From NCBI GenBank assembly GCA_003990765.1, contig RBNJ01000361.1, positions 1-32,245 on the forward strand: a stretch of DNA of 32,245 bases, in the 5' to 3' direction. A program made the position numbers and the translations under genes. This document shows positions 23,001 to 32,245 of this stretch, one piece after another (position 1 is the first letter of the stretch; each line of letters opens with the position of its first letter). The notes beneath the pieces were generated by a model. It was not told the origin of the DNA and did no database searches. It saw only the letters and a program-made list of their open reading frames with translations. Source of the DNA: Jimgerdemannia flammicorona. Lineage: Eukaryota.

Positions 23001-25332
23001 ATATATCTTTCAGGAATTTGAATGCTGATTCTTATATAGACTTACTTGACTTCTCAGTTAGAAACTTTAGCTTCTTTAGCTATATATAGATTATATCTGA
23101 CTACTTTTGACTTTCTTTAGTAAGGGCTATAGCAGTTATCCTTAGCTTAACAAAGTCTAATATCTTGTTAGTCAGATTGTTAAGGTGGTATAGAGTAGTG
23201 ACAGTTACTCATATTATAGTTCAGAGTTTCTGCCTAGGATAGATACTGACCATATAGCCTATTTTTTGATAATTGAAGTATACTTTACTTTATTTGAGTT
23301 CATTTCTTTCTTCTTTAGTATATTTCTTGAAATACTTGACTGGGTGGATTCAGGATTTTGGAGTATCCAAGAAGTAGATATAAAGAGAGCTCTGAATGAT
23401 TTATGCTTGAGTTCTTCTTTCTTAGTTTATAATTTTTCCTTATTATGAAATTATTTTCAAAGCAGAATTGATTTAGCTATTAGAATTTGCTTGATCGTGA
23501 TCTTGATTCTAGCTAGGTACCACTGTTAGTGGTCACAACTAACTAGACATCCTTGTTCCCAGATCTTTCTTGTGAGCTATTCTGGTAGTATATTAAATAA
23601 ATAGTTTGTTTTTATACCATTTCATACTTCATTATTGGTAATATATCCTAGATCAATAGTATTTAGGAGTAACTCAAGTTTTGTATAGAAGGTTTCAAAT
23701 TTCTCCTTACTATATATATATATTAAATTTGAGATTACAGAGTTTGACTTGAGTTTTTGCAATCATAGTTTCATTATAATATTGGATAATTATGAGATAT
23801 TTGAGCCCAGAGGCTGTAGGGTGGTCTCCATATTCAGGGGTATTATTCACTATATTTTGAGCAATAACTATAGATCAGATGTCCTATGTGAGTGGTTTTT
23901 CAAAGAGATTTATCACTATTCTTCAATAGGTTCTTAGAAGAATATAACAACTTAGTAAATATAAACTATAATATTAGCAAAGAGTTGTTCAATAGTATAG
24001 TCTTAGTTATCTATTAGAAGTAGTACTCCAAATAAGTCAATTTAATCTAGATAGATTCAGATTGGATTCAGATTGAATTCCATCCAGATCAATTTGAATC
24101 AATCATTGTTTTAATTTCCAAATTAGATAATTAAATATTTACATCAATAACTTAATGAATAATTATCCAATTTTGATGATCTTGGTGTTATTTAAAAGCC
24201 CTTAATAAGGTATTTCTAATAATATTAAGAATATTCAAATTGAATCATATATTGTCAAGCTATTAATGAAAATATTCTTTTGAAGAAATTTCCAAAATCA
24301 CTAAGTCAAATAATTTTCAAAATTGGCAAGTCAGAGATTTTTTTTGATAACTAAACAATGCATGATCTAATTTCAATATTCTTAATATCATTAGAAAGGC
24401 CTTATTAAGTACATTCAAATGATACCAAGATTATCAAAATTGGATGATTATTCATCAAGTCATTGATGTAAACATTTAATTATCTAATTTAGAAATCAAA
24501 ACAATGGTTGATTCAAATCAATCCAGATGGAATTTGAATTCCATCTGAGTTGATCCAGATGGTATTTGAATCTAATCTGGATTAGTTCATTCAGAGTACT
24601 AGTTAGGAGACAATTAGCAACTTATTCATTAGTCTATTGATTGGCTTCAAAATTGATATCTACTATAATAATAAAGCTTTGAACTTCTTGTATAGTACTA
24701 TTAAAGGTAGGTAGACTCAGGCTTTTAGTTAACCAGATCTGTTTAACTAAGATAGTAATGATTGCTATCATTATAGCTATTTGGGCCATAATGTCTAGAA
24801 TTTGTTAATTTGCCATATTGTTTATAGGAGATAGTTGAACTACTAATAGTAGTATTATTGATACAATTTGAGATACTAGTATAGAGTGTGATAGTATTCT
24901 CTGAGTTTGTGTGAGTTGCTGAAGTAGCTGTTGTAGATCTGGTATAAGGGCCTAATAGATAACTGTCTATTGTTCTGTGGATATATTTTGTCCTAAGATA
25001 GGTATGTCTCCTTTAGCAGTATATATAGGATTAAATTTAGTAAAATACTCCTCCTCTTCTTCACTTTGGTCTTAGTATTACTGGGTTTATTCAGTGTCAA
25101 AGTAGATGATATCAGTTATATATCAGATTTTAGATAGACTTAATTCAAAAGCTCCTTCAAGATTGGGTCCTGGTTCTGGTTCAGTTTCAGGCTCAGATAG
25201 AGTTCTAGGTAGGCCTGCTTCTGACTCAGAGTCTAATTATTGATAAAGAGTTTCTCTGACTTCTTCTTTAAGGATATGGTAGGCCTTATATTCTGAAACT
25301 AATTGTATAGGGCAGTCTTAGTTCTGGTATAG
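20055..25332 (-). mobile_element. Second, older Ty3/gypsy element (gag-PR-RT-RH-IN), hypermutated, truncated in the integrase core, no LTR recognised
   Basis: gag from ATG 24816 (SLPTFN), decayed knuckle at 23236-23283, protease VIDSGASGNFI ~22455-22495, RT VMAFDLTNTPITFQ..YIDDILVFS (21230-21535), integrase ISIDFI..IVFIDYLSKQAHF (~20090-20200). No dUTPase seen. Confidence 0.88.
24021..24601. mobile_element. hAT-type fold-back MITE 2 (581 bp) inserted in the gypsy-2 gag
   Basis: Termini TAGTACTC...GAGTACTA as in MITE 1. 8-bp TSD ATTAGAAG/GTTAGGAG (two transitions). Long inverted arms (e.g. AATTAGATAATTAAA / TTTAATTATCTAATT). Confidence 0.85.
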
Positions 25333-26546
25333 TGTAACATACCCAGCTCAATGGAGGCAAATTATAAGGTTGGGGGTTGATGTAGTTTGGCTTGAGCCCC
25401 CAGTTACTTTGTCAAAAGCAACAAAATGTTCTTGGTGTTTAGTGGTATAATAGTCAATCCAGATACAACAGTAGTTCCTCTGGTCACATGCGGTTGATTT
25501 GTGTATCAGTTTCCTTATTGGGACGGTTCTCTGGGTGTAGCAGTGATTGTATGTCTTTCCTTGGTTGACGGATAATTTCTATGTAGCGCGGTGATCTCCT
25601 TATGCGTGACGGTCTGGCAATTTAGCGGTGACGATCTTGTGTAGCGTGACGATTTCTAAAAGTATGTGATTTCTGGGTGATGGTCTTGTACAGCGGATTT
25701 CCTTATGCAATTTGACAGACAACTCGATTTGGGTGCGGATTCACTGGGAATAGAGGATGATGCAGATTCTTCTGAATCGGCTCACTGGGAATTATACTGG
25801 CAGCGGATTCTTCTGGGACCAGGCTCACTGGGAACAGATAAATAACTCGGATGTCATGGAATAATAACTGGTGAGTGATTCTTGGCAAGTTACATCAAAG
25901 ACTGGCTTCGTTTACATGGGGCTACATCATAGACTGACTTCACTGCGAAGTTGCGTCAAGAGACTGGCTTGTGGCAAGGTTCCTTAAGGCGGGCTCTCTG
26001 GGAATGTGGGTAACTTCTTCAGGCTTATCTGGCAAGCGAACCAAAACATAGCGGTTTATTCCTTAAGTAGTGGATTACTCAAAAGGCAGCAAAGTTCTTC
26101 CTTGAACTTTTGGTGGCAAATCTTCATGCTTATCTGGCAAGCGAACCAAGGCTTGGTATCAGAAAGTGGACTGGAGTGGAAAAAGGGGACCAATGCTCAC
26201 AATCTCCTAACAGTGGCTGTAGAGTTCCTCTCAAAGTATGGTAGGCAGACTTGTCTTTTGCTTTTGGATTCAATTTCAGACTGAGGTTTATTTACTCTTA
26301 TCTCTGGGGTATTTTATACAGTTGTGATTGCTATCTGGTTACTACATTGCTAATTATAGATTGCTATCTATGGCAAGTATGCTGGTTCAGCACAGGTGTG
26401 CTGGTTCAGCACAAGTATACTTTATCTGGTAGTCTGGCTATTTATATAGTTTTCTGCAGCAATGGTTGGTGTATCTGATTACTATGCTATATGTTCATGG
26501 CATCTGACTAAGTTATAATTCAAGTGGTATGTTTTGATTTATCACA
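25333..26546 (-). mobile_element. Solo LTR 1 of the dUTPase-gypsy family
   Basis: Reverse-complement homolog of the LTRs (TGTAACAT...ATCACA) with TSD ATAG on both sides (25329-25332, 26547-26550). Confidence 0.93.
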
Positions 26547-26582
26547 ATAGTGATAGTCAGTAGAGTTGAGCCACTTAACTAT

Positions 26583-27979
26583 TGTAATGTGCCTGGCTCA
26601 ATGGAGGCAAATTACAAGGTTGGGGGTTGATGTAGTTTGGCTTGAGCCCCCAGTTACTTTGTCAAAAAGCAACAAAATGTTCTAAGATTCCTGAAGTCCT
26701 AGGTGTTTAGTGGTATAATAGTCAAGATCTGGATACTGTGCGAGTGGTTTCCTTTTTGGGACAGGTTCTTGGATGTAGCAGCGATTTGTGTGTGTGTGTG
26801 AACGGGTTGCCTTCTTGGGTCAACTGGGAATGCCACAATTTCGTGTAGCAAGGCAATCTCCAAAGTATGCGATTTCTGGCATAACGGTCTTGGTGCGACA
26901 ATCTCTGTGTAGCGTGACGATCTCCTTGTGCGTGATGGTCTGGTAATTTAGCAGTTCTTCTTATGTGATTTATGCATGACGATCTTGTGTAGCGCAAGTG
27001 GATTCCTTATGTAGTCATTCTGATAATTTGGCGGATAACTCGATTTGGCTCACTGGAGATGGTATGGCATGGATTCTTCTTCCGGAAATAATAACTCGGA
27101 TGGCGCGGATAATTCGAATAACTGGGAATAATGCTGGTGGTGGATTCTCTGTACCGGGCTCACTGGGAACAACGAATAACTCGGATGGTGCGGATTCAAC
27201 TTTAACTGGGAATACTACTTGGAGGGCATGAGTTCTTCCGAATCGGACTCTTCTGGGAATATGGATAACTTGAAAATGGCGGATGATGCGGATTCTTCCC
27301 GAATCGGCAGGCTTCTGGGAAATAACTCGGATAGCGCGGATTCTTTCTGAATCGGCGGGCTCTTCTGGGAATACAATGGTGCGGATTCTTCTGAATCGGC
27401 GGCTTGGCTGGGAAAGGGTCTCTTGGCAAAGTTACGTTAAAGACTGGCTTCATTTGCGCAAACGGATTCACTGCGAAGTTGCGTCAGAAACTGGCTTGAG
27501 CAAGGCGGCTTTCTTTTAGGCTTTCTAACTTGGAAATGGCGGCAAAGTTCTTCCTTGAACTTGGCGGCAAACTTCAGGCTTATCTGGCAAGTGAACCAAT
27601 CAATCTTTGTATCGGAAAGTGGACCAGAGTGGGGAAAAGGGACCAATGCTCAATCTTTAAAGGCTTCTTTGGTTTGCTTCAACTTTTCGGACTGAGGTTT
27701 ATTCACTCTTGTCTCTGGGGTATTTTATACATTGTGGTTGCTATCTGGTTGCTATCTGGCTAACTATAGATTTGCTATCTATGGTGTATTTGGGTGGATG
27801 GTCACTGTCTGGCAGACAGCCACTGTCCAGGGGACAGCCACTGTTCACATTATTCCCTTCTTTGGCTATCTGGTTATTTATACATTTTTCCGCAGCAATG
27901 GTTGCTGGTTACTATGCTATGCTAATGTTCACATCACCTGGTTAGGTTTCGAGATTGCTACGTTTTGTGGTTTGTTACA
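26583..27979 (-). mobile_element. Solo LTR 2 of the dUTPase-gypsy family (CpG-rich, least decayed copy)
   Basis: TGTAATGT...TGTTACA with TSD CTAT on both sides (26579-26582, 27980-27983). Confidence 0.93.
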
Positions 27980-28481
27980 CTATAAAGACTTAGGCTTTGG
28001 GAGAAACTAAGGCTAGGAAGATAGCTGCTAGTTGTCCTAGGTCACTTGGATTTATAGAGCTTATAAAACTCTTGTTGAGAAAAGTAAAGATGACTTCTAT
28101 AAGACCTTCTTCATCTTGACTTACAGGGTATAGAGCAAGAAGTTCAGTAAATAGAAGTTTGCCTATCTGTTGATTTAGTTGGAGGACTTCTTTCTTTATA
28201 TAAAACTTATCTCCAATTATTCTTGTATATCAGGTTCAATTTACTCTAGATTATTAGATATATAATTCAGAATGAATTCTAGTTCAGCAGTTGGGCTTTA
28301 TATCAACTTGTAGGAATTTCTGTAGAAGGGTGACATCGCGGTCTGGTGAAAAGGATCTGCGAACAGAGTGGTGGATGGGTGGAGATGGTGTTAGATACAC
28401 AGCTTTCACCGGTAACATTCGGGTGACACAAGAACTCAGGCAACAATTTTTACTACATTTCGGTGTCAAGCGACTATCAAC

Positions 28482-30404
28482 ATGGATGGCAACGATCGAA
28501 CTGGTGAGTGTACTGGTCAGGGGGGTGCTGGTGCCTTTGGCTGGCAGTAGGTGGGGAGGAGGGGAGATGGTTTGGGGATGCCAGGGGCCTCGATGGTTGG
28601 CCGAGATCCTGGTGGTGGAGGGAGGGGCAGGCTGAGGCAATGAGGTGGGGAGAGGTCAACCTTCGCTGACAAGGTCAGAATGGAGAAGATGGCCTCTGGC
28701 CTTGATGATTGGCTTGGCCTGGGGAAGGCATCGACGGCGGCTGCTGAGGGACAGAGAGGTATACTCAGGGGAGTCTCAGGTGGCAGGGTAGGAGTGGGAG
28801 TAGGGGCTGGAGATGGTGCTGTGACTGCTGATGGGGCTGTGACTGGGGATCTGGCAAAAAATCCAGATGTGACGGCAGTTGGCAATTCGGGACTAGGAGT
28901 GGGCACAAGGCCTGGGGACCTGGCAGATGGCATGATAGGCATGGTGTTGGCCCTATTACTCAAGAAGTCGAGGTCGGAATTTGCAGTCACTATGTGTTTC
29001 AAGGGCTTGGTGGTGATGGCGAGGATGATTTTGGGGCTGGTGGCACAGGAGGCTAAGGGAGTAGTGTTGGTGAAGTTTTCGTGGAGAAAGGAGGGGGTTG
29101 AGGTGGGGTTTGAGGAGAAAGATGCCTTGTTGGCAGCCATGGAGAAGGGGGTGACAGTTGGCAGGGTTGTGGTCCCTATGGCCTGGTGCATATGCTGGGA
29201 CCCCCGGGTGGTGCAGTTGACAGTGTTGGATCTCCCAACCATGTCGAAGGAGAGGACCAGGGAGCTGGTTGTAGAGGCGATCAAGGAGTATGGAGAGATT
29301 GTGGACATTGGGTTCAAGGTCTGGGAGGGCACAGAGCTTAGGACTGGCGACGTCGATGTCAGAGTGAGGCTGGCTGGGAAGGAGAATATGGGGAAGTTGA
29401 GGGACTGGCCAGCAATGCTGAGGTGGGGACCAGTGGATTATAAGGTCACGAGGGTGAAGGGGACCCAGGAGGAGGAGGAGGACCTGTTGGAGGCGCTGGA
29501 GGATCTGGAAGGGGCAGTTGCAAGGAGGAGATTGGCTTGGAAGGAGTTTGAGGCCAGGACGGTGGTAGGAGAGGTGGATGGGAAGAGGGTCCGGATGGAG
29601 AAGGGGGCTTGGGAGAAGATGCAGGGGAGGAAAATCCAGAAGGAGCTGCTGGCAAGGTTGGGTGGGGGTAGGGCTGGTGGAAGCTCAGGGGAGGGAGTTG
29701 CAGGGTTGCAGGAGAGCGCCTGGGCTGAGGGAGGAGAAATGGCCCAGGGTGGGGCTCAGATTGGAGTGGGGGAAGAGAAGGAAGGTGAGTTGGAGGCAGA
29801 TGCCGAAATGGGTGAGGGTATGTACCCTCAGGATAGTGTCCCAGGTGGGGCTGAGGGGAAGGAGGAGCTGCTGGATGTGCCGGATGAGGAGTGGGATGAG
29901 TCAGTGAGGAGGAGCATGCTGATGGACCCCGAGGTGGATGGGGGACGAATTGCTCAGGGTGTGGCAGAGGCAGTGGATGAGGAGAAGTGGATGTGGAAGA
30001 CCCTGGAAGGGGTAGCGGCTGAAGAGCTGGAGGGTGAGGATTTCCGGGTGATGGAAGAGAGGCATTGGGAGGAGATCCTACGGGGGGAGGAGGTGTCAAG
30101 AAAGATGAGGAATGAGATCCTGACTGTCCTTCTGGAGTCAGTTGAATATCAAGTGGATGATCAGCGGGAGGAGGAACTTCAGAAGATTGTGAGTGACAGG
30201 GCACTTTTCTTGTGGAACTCGAGGAAGGGACTGGAGAAGTGGTGTGCAGTCTGCTTGGACTACTGGTCAGATATGGAGGCCGTGGATGGGGTGGAATGTC
30301 AGGAAATCTTGGAGGCACTAGATGCTCAGGCCAATGTGGAGGGTGACTTGGAAGCTGAACAGTGCTTGGATCTGGCTGGGGATGAGATGAGCATGGAATA
30401 CTAG
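28482..30404 (+). pseudogene. LINE ORF1 (RRM-like middle, long acidic tail), two early premature stops
   Basis: ATG 28482 is in frame with the 574-aa ORF (28680-30404); stops TAG ~28548 and TGA ~28641. LTVLDLP..AIKEYGEIVDI..TGDVDVRV is typical of L1-clade ORF1. Confidence 0.82.
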
Positions 30405-30435
30405 GTTGGGGTTGCCAATTCAACATTTTTTCAAT

Positions 30436-31258
30436 ATGAACAGTACAACTAGGATATTCTCATTGAATGTTAATGGGTTATGGGGGGCGGCTAGGAGGAA
30501 GTACATATTTGGATGTCTTAAGGGATTGGATGCGGACCTCTTCTTGCTACAGGATGTTCGATATGAGGAAGATGTGGACTTACAGGATTGGACTAAGGAA
30601 TGGGGGGGCACAGCAGTATGGAGGGGGAAAGTGTGTATCCTCGTTCGGAAAGAGATGGGGGACATTGTGGACATTGGACATTGGGGGTCTCGGGTGGTGT
30701 GGGGTATGTGGAAGAGGCCTGGATGGGGCTTGTTGACAGTTGGGTCTTGTTACTGCCCAGCTGAAAGAGGGGAGAGGGTGGATTGGATTCGCTGATTGAA
30801 GGAGGCTGGTGAATTGGGAGAAGTTGGCCTGGACTGTATGGGGGGTGACTTCAACATGGTACGGGATAAGGAGATGGATAGAACAGATAGCGGGAGAGGC
30901 ATGCGGGGTGAAAGTGGTGGGCTGGGTGACTGGTTGGAAATAGAGAGGTTGTGTTCTTTAGTGGACTCAGGAAGACACCTTTGGGTCAATCGGCAGGTGT
31001 ACACCCACTGGGCAGCAGGGCTGGACTCCAGGATTGACTGGGTTCTGACGGTGGAGTGTTGGGGAGCAGATGTCTGGTCAGTGCTGGAAGTGATATGGTG
31101 TCCGTGGTCTGATCACTGGGGGCTGCTTGGAGGGGGGAGGTTTGGGGGAAATGAGGATGGGCCTGGACATTGGCGGCTAAATTCTTCCTCGTTGGAGGAT
31201 AGGGTGTTGTGGGAGGGTTGGGAGACAGAGGTGATTGGAAATATCGGTAGGTGGCGGG
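30436..31258 (+). pseudogene. LINE ORF2 APE endonuclease domain (one internal TGA at 30793-30795)
   Basis: SLNVNGL, LLQD, CYCP, GGDFN, SRIDWVL, SDH, GPGHWRLN. Confidence 0.93.
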
Positions 31259-32245
31259 AACCGGGTGTGGCTGGGCAAGGTGTTAGACCGGATTGGGGTT
31301 CCCCCGAGGTTTAGGGCCTCTATGCTGAGTCTGCTGGAGGGTAGTAGGGCGGCTCTGACGTGTAATGGTCACCATGGAAGGGCATTCTCCTTGGGGAGAG
31401 GAGTTCCTCAGGGGGACCCTCTGTCCCCTATCCTCTATGCCCTCTCGCTGGAGCCGCTGATGGATAGGATTCGCCGGAGGGTAGCAGGGCTCTCTATTTA
31501 TGGCATCGAGTGGAAGGTGGGGGCCTTTGCTGACGATATGGTGGTTGGACTTGGGTCTGTAGCGGATGTCAAGGTGCTTCAGGAGACTGTGGAATGGTAT
31601 GAGGCACACTCAGGGGCGAAGCTCAACTGGCATAAGTGTGAGACAATGGTGCTAGGGAATGGGCTAGTAGGTGGGGACGTCATTGGAACAATTGTCCCTG
31701 CTGGTGAGGTGGTGCGGTACCTGGGCATCTTCCTCTCTGTATATGGTTCTGTCTTGCCTCGAGTTTGGTGGGAGGGCAGGGTGGGTATTTGGGGGGAGAC
31801 CCTGCGAGGATGGGGAGGGCGCCATATTTCTCTAGCGGGGCGGGTGACGATTCTGAATGTATATTGGTTCCCCAAGCTGTGGTATGTGGCATATCACCTT
31901 GACTTCCCAGCATGGGTGGTGAAGAAGTTGATGAAGATGGCTAGGGTTTGGATTTGGGCAGGAAGGAGGTCCCAGATCAGTTGGGATACTCTTGCGTTGC
32001 CGGTAGTTAGGGGTGGTCTTAGCCTGGTGGACTTTCCTAAGCGGCTGCACTGCTTGCGAGCTTGGTGGTTGAAGAGGGCTGAGGAACTGCAGGGCGGAGG
32101 TTGGGTGCCACTGCTACAGAAGGTGTGGGAGATGCGAACATCCCCTCGAGGGTCCTCCGGTGATCTGCTCTCTTTGGTGGGGCTGCAGGGGATTCGGCGG
32201 CTGCGGTTCAAGGGCTTTTGGTGGGGAGTGGCTGATGGGGCCCAC
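31259..32245 (+). pseudogene. LINE ORF2 reverse transcriptase, C-terminal part (frame open to the window end)
   Basis: RGVPQGDPLSPILY, AFADD (~31526-31537), SGAKLNWHK, RYLGI, SLAGRVTILN, GGLSL. Confidence 0.93.

Larger units (their letters stand above)
28391..32245 (+). mobile_element. L1/Tx1-like LINE copy 3: 5' UTR, ORF1 and internally deleted ORF2 (runs off the window end)
   Basis: ORF1, a 31-nt spacer, then APE-RT ORF2; very G-rich sense strand. Confidence 0.93.

Noticed and set aside
25333..26546. 5' LTR of gypsy 2
   Set aside because: It is TSD-bounded, much less decayed than gypsy 2, has no adjacent PBS and belongs to the gypsy-1 LTR family.
25333..27979. A single two-LTR element (TRIM/LARD) with a 36-bp interior
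   Set aside because: Each LTR has its own distinct TSD, they are different subfamily variants, and the 36 bp rejoins the flanking host reading frame.
28284..28480. HDV/CPEB3-like ribozyme at the LINE 5' end (TCTGGTGAA..ATCTGCGAA; GGTAACATTC)
   Set aside because: I could not build P1/P3/L3/P1.1 in the required nested order; the resemblance is limited to short words.
28517..30426. Long antisense Pro/Ser-rich ORFs (271 and 326 aa)
   Set aside because: They are shadows of the extremely G-rich LINE sense strand, which yields few antisense stops.

Overview
No intact host gene is visible. The window is a nested graveyard of eukaryotic transposable elements, probably fungal (taxon is inference only). 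The main element is a full-length but mutationally dead 10.25-kb Ty3/gypsy LTR retrotransposon (2941-13193, 4-bp TSD ATAC, ~1.4-kb LTRs, tRNA-Pro-like PBS). Its layout is unusual: gag - protease - ~1.1 kb Cys/His-rich insert - complete dUTPase - RT - RNase H - integrase - an extra ~171-codon ORF in the env position. Two solo LTRs of the same family (25333-26546, 26583-27979; TSDs ATAG and CTAT) sit 36 bp apart in decayed sequence upstream of the gag of an older, heavily hypermutated gypsy element on the minus strand (~20055-25330). Also present: three copies of a G-rich L1/Tx1-like LINE that all keep their 5' ends, three intron-bearing or partial Plavaka-type transposase relics, two fold-back hAT-type MITEs with 8-bp TSDs, a 28-nt poly(A) retro-insertion with a 17-bp TSD, and two minisatellites. 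The elements show graded C-to-T decay: CpG loss in younger copies and a strong RIP-like CpA/TpG-to-TpA signature in older ones. All protein assignments come from motifs read by eye; no database search was run.
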